Below, piece by piece: positions 1-7,280 of a stretch of DNA of 35,970 bases; position 1 is the first letter of the stretch; the number at the start of each line of letters is the position of its first letter. The stretch is from NCBI GenBank assembly GCA_012513875.1, contig JAAZBI010000099.1, forward strand, positions 1 through 35,970, given 5' to 3'. This stretch comes from Mollicutes bacterium (GTDB taxonomy: Bacteria; Bacillota_I; Bacilli_A; RF39; UBA660). The notes under the pieces were generated by a model. The model ran no database searches. It was not told the origin of the DNA and saw only the letters and a list, made by a program, of their open reading frames with translations. A program made the translations under genes and the position numbers.

Positions 1-8
1 CAAAGGGC

Positions 9-86
9 TGGCGGTTCGCTACCTTTCGGTTATGAAAGTTGGAAAGTTATCGAGCGTTCTTAAATGCCCTATACCGTGTTATCGGC
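9..86 (+). repeat. Intergenic element copy A (truncated by the window edge), plus an inverted GCCGATAAC..GGTA block
   Basis: 12-19 CGGTTCGC and 31-37 TATGAAA match 1643-1650 and 1654-1660. The reverse complement of 66-86 (GCCGATAACACGGTATAGGGC) closely resembles 779-796 (GCCGATAACGGTAAAGGC). Confidence 0.6.
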
Positions 87-121
87 TTTTAATTTTTTAA
101 TCAAATAAATATCAAAATATT

Positions 122-775
122 ATGAATACTTACAAAAAATATTGCCCGAATGTATTTGTGGCACAATGTGAAGAAAAACACGAAAAAGGCGAGACTATTA
201 TAGTTGTAACCAAGTACGGAAAAGAAAACGAATGTATAGTTCACAATTTTGTAGGCTATACAGGAACAAAAGAAAATCCTATGTATTGCTATTCGATTAC
301 TCGTGCTGATGGTTATAATAACCAAGAAAGAGCAAAAAGTAAAGTTGAAAAGCTAAATAATTGGGCTGACAATGCGACTAAAAAAGGTAATGATTGGCAA
401 GAAAAAAGTAATGAAGGTAAAGACTTTTTGGCACTTGCAGAGCCTATAAAAATAGGACACCACAGCGAAAAAAGACACCGTGCATTAATTGAACGAAACT
501 GGAATAGAATGAGTAATGCGATGGAAGAATACAAAAAAGCTGATACCTACCGTGAAAGAACTGCATACTGGGAAAGTATGGCAAATAAAATTGACCTTTC
601 AATGCCAGAAAGTATAGAATTTTTTGAGATACAACTCGAAGAGGCAAAAGAATATCATCAATTTTTAAAAGACAACCCAAAAGAGCGACCTCACGGAATG
701 TCTTTATCTTATGCGAGCAAAAAAGTAAAGGACTTAAAATCGAAGTATGAAACTGCTGTGAAGCTCTGGTCTTAG
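122..775 (+). CDS. DUF3560-like protein
   Basis: 217-aa ORF with an ATG start. The central motif IKIGHHSEKRHRALIERN is the signature I associate with the DUF3560 family of mobile-element and phage accessory proteins (recalled, not searched). There are four Cys in the first ~60 aa. The ORF ends in TAG. Confidence 0.6.
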   Translation: MNTYKKYCPNVFVAQCEEKHEKGETIIVVTKYGKENECIVHNFVGYTGTKENPMYCYSITRADGYNNQERAKSKVEKLNNWADNATKKGNDWQEKSNEGKDFLALAEPIKIGHHSEKRHRALIERNWNRMSNAMEEYKKADTYRERTAYWESMANKIDLSMPESIEFFEIQLEEAKEYHQFLKDNPKERPHGMSLSYASKKVKDLKSKYETAVKLWS

Positions 776-832
776 GGTGCCGATAACGGTAAAGGCTATG
801 TGCAGTGCCGACAAACTTACACAAAACTTAAT
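776..832 (+). repeat. Intergenic element copy B
   Basis: It starts directly after the TAG stop. 778-790 TGCCGATAACGGT matches 1634-1646 TGCCACTAACGGT at 11/13 positions. 797-812 TATGTGCAGTGCCGAC matches 1654-1669 TATGAAACGTGCCGAT at 11/16. An ACAC-AAA-TTA tail is also shared. TGCCGA occurs twice, 28 nt apart. Confidence 0.7.
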
Positions 833-847
833 ACGAAGTAGAAACTT

Positions 848-1630
848 ATGGATATAGAAAAACTTAAATACGAAGCACAAAATAAGGCATTGCATATAGC
901 CGATGTTAGTGGCAGTGCTTTATTCAATGCGGATTGTATGGATATTTTACCTCTTGTTCCTGATAAATCAGTTCAACTTATTTTGGCTGATTTGCCTTAT
1001 GGAACTACTCAAAACAAGTGGGATAGTATAATACCATTAGAACCACTTTGGCAACAATATGAAAGAATAATTGCTGATAATGGTTGTATAGTATTGACTG
1101 CTGATGGCATTTTTACAGGCGTGTTAATGATGAGCAACCCTAAGATGTTTAAGTATAAACTTATATGGGACAAGAAAAGCACCACAGGTTTTTTAAACGC
1201 TAAGAAAATGCCACTAAGAAGACACGAGGATATTTTAATTTTTGCCAAAGGAAAGACAACTTACAACCCAATAATGGAAGTAAGAGGGAAGCCACGAAAC
1301 AAAGGGAGCTACAATAAGAAAAAAGGTGATGGAGATATGTGTTACGGTGGCTTTAAAAACATAACTTCTTTTAGTAATGAATATTACCCGACTTCAATTA
1401 TTGAGATTAGTAACGCAAACCAAAAGACAAAACAACACCCAACGGAAAAACCATTGGAGTTGATGAAGTGGATTATTAGGACTTATTCAAATGATGGCGA
1501 ACTTGTTTTGGATAATACAATGGGAGTAGGCACAACTTGTTTAGGAGCAAAGGAGTTGAACCGTTTTTTTATCGGAATTGAAAAAGAGGTAAAATATTAT
1601 GATTTGGCAGTTGCTCGTGTGTTCGGGTAG
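848..1630 (+). CDS. Site-specific DNA methyltransferase (N6-adenine/N4-cytosine, beta-class motif order), with no partner nuclease nearby
   Basis: 260 aa. ILADLPYGT (a DPPY-type catalytic motif IV variant) lies near the N-terminus. HPTEKP and LDNTMGVGTT (AdoMet-binding motif) lie near the C-terminus. This is the typical N6_N4_Mtase layout. The ORF ends in TAG. Confidence 0.85.
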   Translation: MDIEKLKYEAQNKALHIADVSGSALFNADCMDILPLVPDKSVQLILADLPYGTTQNKWDSIIPLEPLWQQYERIIADNGCIVLTADGIFTGVLMMSNPKMFKYKLIWDKKSTTGFLNAKKMPLRRHEDILIFAKGKTTYNPIMEVRGKPRNKGSYNKKKGDGDMCYGGFKNITSFSNEYYPTSIIEISNANQKTKQHPTEKPLELMKWIIRTYSNDGELVLDNTMGVGTTCLGAKELNRFFIGIEKEVKYYDLAVARVFG

Positions 1631-1690
1631 CATTGCCACTAACGGTTCGCAAGTATGAAACGTGCCGATTTGAAACACGAAATTATAAAT
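1631..1690 (+). repeat. Intergenic element copy C
   Basis: It starts directly after the TAG stop. See the alignments given for copies A and B. Confidence 0.7.
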
Positions 1691-1706
1691 TAAAAATAAC
1701 TTAGAT

Positions 1707-2120
1707 ATGAAAAGCGAACAATCGAACACTAACGAAAAAGGCATGGCGTATGACCGCTTGTTATGCACTGGCCTTAACGATGCAGCTAAACAGATACACG
1801 GAGATGCTAAACGTAAAGGATTCTGGGATAGTGAGCGAGAAACAGGAACTTTATTAATGCTGTGCGTGAGCGAGCTCTCCGAGGCATTAGAAGCTGATAG
1901 GAAAGGTAGAGTAGCCAACTTGGACAAATTTGATAAAGGAATTGCTCATGGCAATGTATTTGAAACTTACATAAAAGATACATTCGAGGACGAGTTGGCG
2001 GATACAATTATACGAATACTTGATTTATGCGGTGCGAGGGGAATAGACATTGAAAGACATATAAACCTTAAATTGAAATACAACCGTTCACGCGAGCGGA
2101 TGCACGGAAAAGCGTATTAG
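1707..2120 (+). CDS. MazG-like all-alpha NTP pyrophosphohydrolase
   Basis: 137 aa. It has the metal-binding acidic motifs SELSEALEA (ExxExxE) and FEDELADTIIRILDL (EDExxD), plus a C-terminal KYNRSRERMHGK, as in phage MazG-like proteins. The ORF ends in TAG. Confidence 0.7.
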   Translation: MKSEQSNTNEKGMAYDRLLCTGLNDAAKQIHGDAKRKGFWDSERETGTLLMLCVSELSEALEADRKGRVANLDKFDKGIAHGNVFETYIKDTFEDELADTIIRILDLCGARGIDIERHINLKLKYNRSRERMHGKAY

Positions 2121-2366
2121 GCTTGTGCATAACTTGCAGATAAAAGTAACAACAATTATTCGCCTCCCTCCCAAAAGAAGAGAGAGCAATGCTGTTGATG
2201 TTTGCGGTGAACTTAAAGAGTTGATAAACAAATTAATAGAGGTAAAGAGGCAAGAAAGCCAGCCTGTATGTTCTTCTCTTTATAATGCTAATAGCCAATA
2301 GTATAGCGATAGATGCATAGCATAATGAGCAAGATACCGTAACAATGCGGAGCATGTATCTATATG

Positions 2367-4976
2367 TCACCTTAATTTGTTAGCATACCTCTCATCGAAA
2401 TCTGTATCAGCACCTATTAAATAAAAATCCTCATCGACTTCCCCACCAAGCACTAGTATAAAATACCGGCAGGAGAATGATGTCCTGCCAATAAGAAGGG
2501 GCATATTACCGTTTGCAAATAGTTTCCCGTTATTCATCAGGTGCCATGAGATATTATCTATAGAGCCGAATAGATTAATGCTAAAAGGCTTTACTGGTTC
2601 CGACAGGGATCCTTCTATTAAAATACGGTTAAGCATCTTAAAAGCTCCCGATGCGGTTAATTTGATGGGTCTGGTCTCAAGATGGACAGGGATATAGTTA
2701 TTGTATTCCTCCTCTCCCATGTCGTATTGAAAATAGGTATCTTCGATAGTCTTGTATCCGTAGGTATTAGGATAATCGGTTACAAACCTGTCCCATGAGT
2801 TGGATATTTTAAACCATAACTTGTGGTTTATATTATAGATCCAGGAATAAGGATAAGATGAATTGGAGATAATCAGTTCTTTGTGGTCTTCGTGATGGTC
2901 CCAGGCCATGATAGCCCCTGCAAGGTATGTAAGGAAGGGATTTGAACATAGGTAGTCTTTTATCTGGTACAGATTGGGATTGTTGGCAATAGCATCATAA
3001 TTGATTGTACCGGTTATCCTGCTGTTATGTTTGCCTGTTACCAGGTCGCTTATCAGGATAACTTCAGGCCCGGAAATGATATACAACCCTTTCTGTGTTG
3101 TAAAAGCTGTTCCTCCGTCAATAGGTGTTATGCTCCTGGGATTATTACATACATGCCGGGATAGCGGAGTTATTGTATTGATAAGGGTCTCTCCGGATCC
3201 TATGTTCATGGTCCATATCCCGTCAGTCGTAAAACAGTATATGGGATATTGCCCGAATTGTCCTTCCGAAAGAGCGATGGCATTGGTACTCATGCCTTGG
3301 ATGGTCCCTAATCCTATGCGATAGCTGTTGATAGCCGGGAAATAGAATGGGTTATTGATCTCGGTAGCCTGTACCCTGTTGTAATCATGATAATAATTAA
3401 CACTCGATTGTAAATCTCCATCAGTCATGGCTGAGAAACTGGAGAGTATAATGGTCCCTTTGGTGACAGAGAAATTATTTTCCGGATAACTCTCAAGCTC
3501 TTTTGTGGCTGCCAGCTTTATTATATCGTTTTGTCGCACGTATACCCTCGCAGCAATAGCCCTGGAATCAGGATAACCCCAATAACTATGTACTGGCGCA
3601 AGTGTATTATACTTGACTCCGAAAAATATAGAGGTTCCTCCCAGGTCATAGTAATCATAGGATTCCCAGCCAGAGAATACTGTTAGAATGGTTTTGTCAT
3701 CTGTCAATATATCATATTCAATGCCTACATCATAAGGATCTCCGTATGATAGAGCAGGTAGCCCGGTGATTAATCCTTTTACTTCTGGTCCGGAGTACAA
3801 ATAATTCTTAACATTCCCCATGAAGATACGATCATTATAGCTAAAGAGCTTATCAGCATATAGTGTGTGATGAGTAATATTATCAACGGGCATTATCTCT
3901 CTTAGCGATAGATCCTGGACACTGTCATTATTGATGGTCACGTAAGTATCTGCTTCCAATTCCGATAATTTGTACTCTTTCAATAGGTAGTAATTAGAGT
4001 CTTTTACTTCCGGCTTATATGATGACAGCTCCGATACATCATAAGTAAGTTCATTGACCGTCTGGCGTATCCCTACTGCTTTGCGCATAAAATCAAGTAC
4101 ATCATTGGTGGGGTCATGAGTTGCCGTTTTACCTGTATAGGTTACTTCTGGGGACCTGGGAAGAGTGACATATATCTTCAATGAGCTGATTATGTTCTTG
4201 TAATTGGCTTTCAATGCTTCCAGGTCATCATTGGCGATGCCTAATTTATATTGCACATTATATGCAGCATACTCTTTTGTTACACGGTATGTTGCTGCTA
4301 CCGGGGATCCTGTGACAGATAATGTTGATGCTAATACCTGGTCCGGAAGAGTGTGTTTGACAATAGTGCCGTCAAATAACTCCCATGCACAGCGCAGTAA
4401 GATAACACCTGTCAGATAACCTTTCTCAGCATAACTCTTCTGCATCTTGACATAACTACCTATTCGTGCCTCGTCCCAATTAGATTCCAAAGAGTAATCT
4501 TCCGTTTCGCTCTTATCATCATCATGCACATGAGACCGTTGGAACAGCACGTAAGGTATTTCTGGTACTCCCTGGGAATATTCTTTGTATATGCCTTGTT
4601 GCTGATCGTACAGGAGTATGTATATCTTCTCCTCCGTAGTATCAGAGACCATAACAGAGTTTTTAAGGCTGGCGAACCTCATAGATGACGATGCTGTAAT
4701 AGTAGTCGCCTCGTCTGATTGCAGGGTGTCATCATCATAAATCCAATAATGCAGGTGCCCACCCGAGGTTCCGATATATATTTTCAGTTCATCAGATACT
4801 GTATGTATATATCTTACATCAGTGGGGACAGAAGCAATCCGGCTCTTCTCTCCTACCGGCCTTAATGCTCCATCTTTTGGGCGCAGGTTAATAAGTTCCT
4901 GCATAGCTCCATCCTTAACAGTCTTGTCAGGCAGGTTACGGACAATACCAGATAACTCAATTCTCTGTCGGCTCAT
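2367..4976 (-). CDS. Large hypothetical protein (869 aa), possibly a virion or tail-associated structural protein
   Basis: This is an uninterrupted 2.6-kb ORF that overlaps the upstream HTH gene by 20 nt. It is rich in Y, G, N, S and T and looks beta-rich. I recognise no enzymatic motif. The structural role is only a guess from size and composition. Confidence 0.4.
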   Translation of the reverse strand: MSRQRIELSGIVRNLPDKTVKDGAMQELINLRPKDGALRPVGEKSRIASVPTDVRYIHTVSDELKIYIGTSGGHLHYWIYDDDTLQSDEATTITASSSMRFASLKNSVMVSDTTEEKIYILLYDQQQGIYKEYSQGVPEIPYVLFQRSHVHDDDKSETEDYSLESNWDEARIGSYVKMQKSYAEKGYLTGVILLRCAWELFDGTIVKHTLPDQVLASTLSVTGSPVAATYRVTKEYAAYNVQYKLGIANDDLEALKANYKNIISSLKIYVTLPRSPEVTYTGKTATHDPTNDVLDFMRKAVGIRQTVNELTYDVSELSSYKPEVKDSNYYLLKEYKLSELEADTYVTINNDSVQDLSLREIMPVDNITHHTLYADKLFSYNDRIFMGNVKNYLYSGPEVKGLITGLPALSYGDPYDVGIEYDILTDDKTILTVFSGWESYDYYDLGGTSIFFGVKYNTLAPVHSYWGYPDSRAIAARVYVRQNDIIKLAATKELESYPENNFSVTKGTIILSSFSAMTDGDLQSSVNYYHDYNRVQATEINNPFYFPAINSYRIGLGTIQGMSTNAIALSEGQFGQYPIYCFTTDGIWTMNIGSGETLINTITPLSRHVCNNPRSITPIDGGTAFTTQKGLYIISGPEVILISDLVTGKHNSRITGTINYDAIANNPNLYQIKDYLCSNPFLTYLAGAIMAWDHHEDHKELIISNSSYPYSWIYNINHKLWFKISNSWDRFVTDYPNTYGYKTIEDTYFQYDMGEEEYNNYIPVHLETRPIKLTASGAFKMLNRILIEGSLSEPVKPFSINLFGSIDNISWHLMNNGKLFANGNMPLLIGRTSFSCRYFILVLGGEVDEDFYLIGADTDFDERYANKLR

Positions 4977-5451
4977 AATCTATGTCTTTCGTTTCTTCAA
5001 TGTTCTCTTTCTGCATCCCATTGATCTGCATGTTAAAGATCTGCATGAACGACTTATCATTAGGGATGCTCCCATCCTGTATCCCATTGATACAGTCATG
5101 TATGATCTTATATGCCCTTGATAGCTGGTCCAAATTCTTGGTCTTTGGAACAACATCTTTCATTCGCATTATAATCATATCCTTTACTTTCTCTATCTCG
5201 CTGGTCGTGGATTCCCGGTATAACTCCATGGTGTCAGATACATCCACAGAAGACCGGCCTACGGAAAGAGCATGGATCTGCTCTTTGTATTCAACACTGT
5301 ATTTTTTTACCCATCGGCTAATTGAATCGACAGAGACATCGGCCTCGACAGCAGTCTTCTGCATGTCGTTGTCATTTAGTATGAGGGCGCTAAGTGTCTG
5401 CAAGATAAACGGCAGATCGTATCTTCGGTACCCTCCTTTTCTTTTTCCCAT
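4957..5451 (-). CDS. HTH DNA-binding protein (a regulator or small-terminase-like protein; undecided)
   Basis: 164 aa. The N-terminal segment DMQKTAVEADVSVDSISRWVKKY looks like a helix-turn-helix. A TACATTTG (-7 box) lies 24 nt upstream of the ATG. Confidence 0.45.
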   Translation of the reverse strand: MGKRKGGYRRYDLPFILQTLSALILNDNDMQKTAVEADVSVDSISRWVKKYSVEYKEQIHALSVGRSSVDVSDTMELYRESTTSEIEKVKDMIIMRMKDVVPKTKNLDQLSRAYKIIHDCINGIQDGSIPNDKSFMQIFNMQINGMQKENIEETKDIDYEPTEN

Positions 5452-5475
5452 GATATTAATTGATTGTGATATTTA

Positions 5476-5483
5476 CAAATGTA
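5476..5483 (-). promoter_or_regulatory. Bacteroidota-type -7 promoter box (TACATTTG on the minus strand)
   Basis: The plus-strand sequence CAAATGTA is the reverse complement of TACATTTG, which fits the Bacteroides sigma-A consensus TAnnTTTG. It sits 24 nt upstream of the ATG at 5451. Confidence 0.45.
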
Positions 5484-5500
5484 CCCCCAGATAAGTTATT

Positions 5501-5523
5501 ATATGTGGTTAATAACCATATAT
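5501..5523. promoter_or_regulatory. 23-bp near-perfect palindrome in the divergent control region (operator-like)
   Basis: The sequence is ATATGTGGTTAATAACCATATAT, centred on 5512. Ten of 11 arm positions pair. Confidence 0.4.
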
Positions 5524-5593
5524 TACTGTTAAATAACCGCCTGTTAAAACAATAACTGTTATATGTTTATCCTCAATAAACACTTGTATTATC

Positions 5594-6205
5594 ATGATAG
5601 GAGAAGTATTAGCCGGATTATCACTAGTATCCTCATTGTTCGGCTCTTTAAAATCTGCTCAGGCCAACAATCGGATGGATAGACAACTGGATAAACGTCA
5701 GTCAGAACTTGATGCCTGGTACAATAAAGAGTACAACATGAACTACCTTGATACCGATGAAGCCAAGAGTGTTACTCAGTTGCTTAACCGCCAAAAAGAT
5801 GAAACCCTTCAGAAGGTTGATCAAAATAGCGCAATCAAAGGGGCTTCAGATGAAGCCAGGGTTGCTACTGCAGATAAAATAAACCGCAGTGTGGGTGATG
5901 AACTTACACGGCTAGCAGGATATGGCACCAGGTATAGAGATTCAGTAAGGAGGGAATACCAGGGATTAAAGAGTAATCTCGATAACCTCGAATCTTATAA
6001 CCTCCAAAACAAAGCTTCTCAATGGTCTAATTTCTCAAATAATGCTGCTAATGCAGGAATGGGATTCGCACAGGCCGCAGGAGAAGGAGCTTTCGAGGGG
6101 TGGGAAAAATGGTTTACTAATTGGCGCAAAGCTAATAAACTGCGTAAAGCTGGAGGAGCTGTTAACCCTGTCTCAACATCTCATCTTAAACAACCGTCCT
6201 TTTAA
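5594..6205 (+). CDS. Hypothetical protein with a hydrophobic N-terminus (first gene of the giant-protein/portal block)
   Basis: 203 aa. The N-terminus is MIGEVLAGLSLVSSLFGSL. It is packed 12 nt from the next gene. Confidence 0.55.
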   Translation: MIGEVLAGLSLVSSLFGSLKSAQANNRMDRQLDKRQSELDAWYNKEYNMNYLDTDEAKSVTQLLNRQKDETLQKVDQNSAIKGASDEARVATADKINRSVGDELTRLAGYGTRYRDSVRREYQGLKSNLDNLESYNLQNKASQWSNFSNNAANAGMGFAQAAGEGAFEGWEKWFTNWRKANKLRKAGGAVNPVSTSHLKQPSF

Positions 6206-6217
6206 AATCAATTAAAT

Positions 6218-7270
6218 ATGCCTACGAGTGCAATCAAAGATCCCGGACCATTCTCTTCCCTCTTTGACTATAAAGAGGAACAAGCTAGGCTTGACCAACA
6301 AAAAAAACAGGTCGAAGAGGCACAGAAGAAGATAATGCGGACTAACAGCATAGGAGATGCTTTCAGGCTACTCATTGATGCTGTTGGAGGTAGTCAGGGA
6401 GCCTCAATAGCACAAAGGCCGGTTAATCCTGCTATTATGCAAGCCTCGGAAAGACTCCGGGAGCATTCCCGGGACTATGATAATCGCAGTGAAAATCTTC
6501 GTCTGCAGGATCTCAGGGCCAAAGAGATGGATATGCAATATCGTACAGGACTCGAATCTGAAGCCAGAAAAAGGGAATGGGAAACAGACCAGTTGAATAA
6601 ATCACAAGAGTTTCAGCTCGAAAGAGATAAAAAGCAAAGTGATTATGCCAAAGACCTTGAAATATTGAGAGCCAAACATGATAAAGAGCTTGTAAATGTA
6701 AAAGGGGAACATGACCTTGCTCAATTACAAGAGAAATATAAAGGAGAGATTGAAAAGATAATTACCAAAGGGGAAGCTGACATAAAGAAGGCCGGAGGGA
6801 TGTATGTAGCCCGTTATGATGATCCGTATGCGACAGAAGCAGTTGACAGGGATGTCATTATTGGTATGTTCAAAGATCTCAAACAATACCTTACTGACAA
6901 AGGAGTATATTCCACTATGCAGCCTGCTGTTTTACAGTCCAAAGACCAGGGGAATATTTCCAATGATGACCTACGTAAACTTATAGCTGAGTATCCTGAT
7001 TTCTTTGCACCACGTCTCCCACAGTTAACAGGAGGAGCATCACTACCGCAAGCACCGCAACTCACACCGCTCGAAATGCGAAAACAAAAATATGACGGGG
7101 AACTTGAAAAGATCATAACAAACCTTAACCTGTCACCCAGGCAAAGGGCACGTAAGATCAAAGCATTGCAAAAAAACAACAAAGACATTCTTGACATGGA
7201 CCTTATAAAAGATACAGTTATCCCTGCAAGTGCTGATGGTGTGACGGATGTGAGCTCAATCTTTAACTAA
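6218..7270 (+). CDS. Hypothetical coiled-coil-rich protein
   Basis: 350 aa and rich in charged K, E, Q and R heptad-like stretches. It lies 10 nt upstream of the giant ORF. Confidence 0.55.
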   Translation: MPTSAIKDPGPFSSLFDYKEEQARLDQQKKQVEEAQKKIMRTNSIGDAFRLLIDAVGGSQGASIAQRPVNPAIMQASERLREHSRDYDNRSENLRLQDLRAKEMDMQYRTGLESEARKREWETDQLNKSQEFQLERDKKQSDYAKDLEILRAKHDKELVNVKGEHDLAQLQEKYKGEIEKIITKGEADIKKAGGMYVARYDDPYATEAVDRDVIIGMFKDLKQYLTDKGVYSTMQPAVLQSKDQGNISNDDLRKLIAEYPDFFAPRLPQLTGGASLPQAPQLTPLEMRKQKYDGELEKIITNLNLSPRQRARKIKALQKNNKDILDMDLIKDTVIPASADGVTDVSSIFN

Positions 7271-7280
7271 GTGGTACGAC

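Noticed and set aside
9-40. GGTTCGC in the intergenic elements (also at 1644-1650) resembles a tRNA T-arm (GGTTCGA).
   Set aside because: I could not draw an acceptor stem, anticodon arm or cloverleaf around any copy. The similarity is limited to 6-7 nt.
1-2120. Compositional (GC) distinctness of the left accessory module, and of the endonuclease/methyltransferase region, as evidence of recent horizontal acquisition.
   Set aside because: My manual spot counts on 60-nt stretches gave 28-42% GC, with overlapping ranges in the candidate and core regions. I cannot support a compositional claim without a proper sliding-window calculation.
2121-2366. A prophage attachment site or genome end in the long convergent gap.
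   Set aside because: No integrase, tRNA, direct-repeat pair or host-like gene is visible in the window, so nothing supports an att site from this sequence alone.
4982-5494. A 170-aa plus-strand ORF antisense to the HTH gene. Other 60-130-aa antisense or overlapping ORFs in the track are similar (for example 3001-3324, 6814-7197, 9161-9568, 22278-22634, 29184-29480 and 33267-33590).
   Set aside because: Each is nested inside a longer ORF that has recognisable motifs or operon context. Their translations are hydrophobic or low-complexity, typical of non-coding frames.
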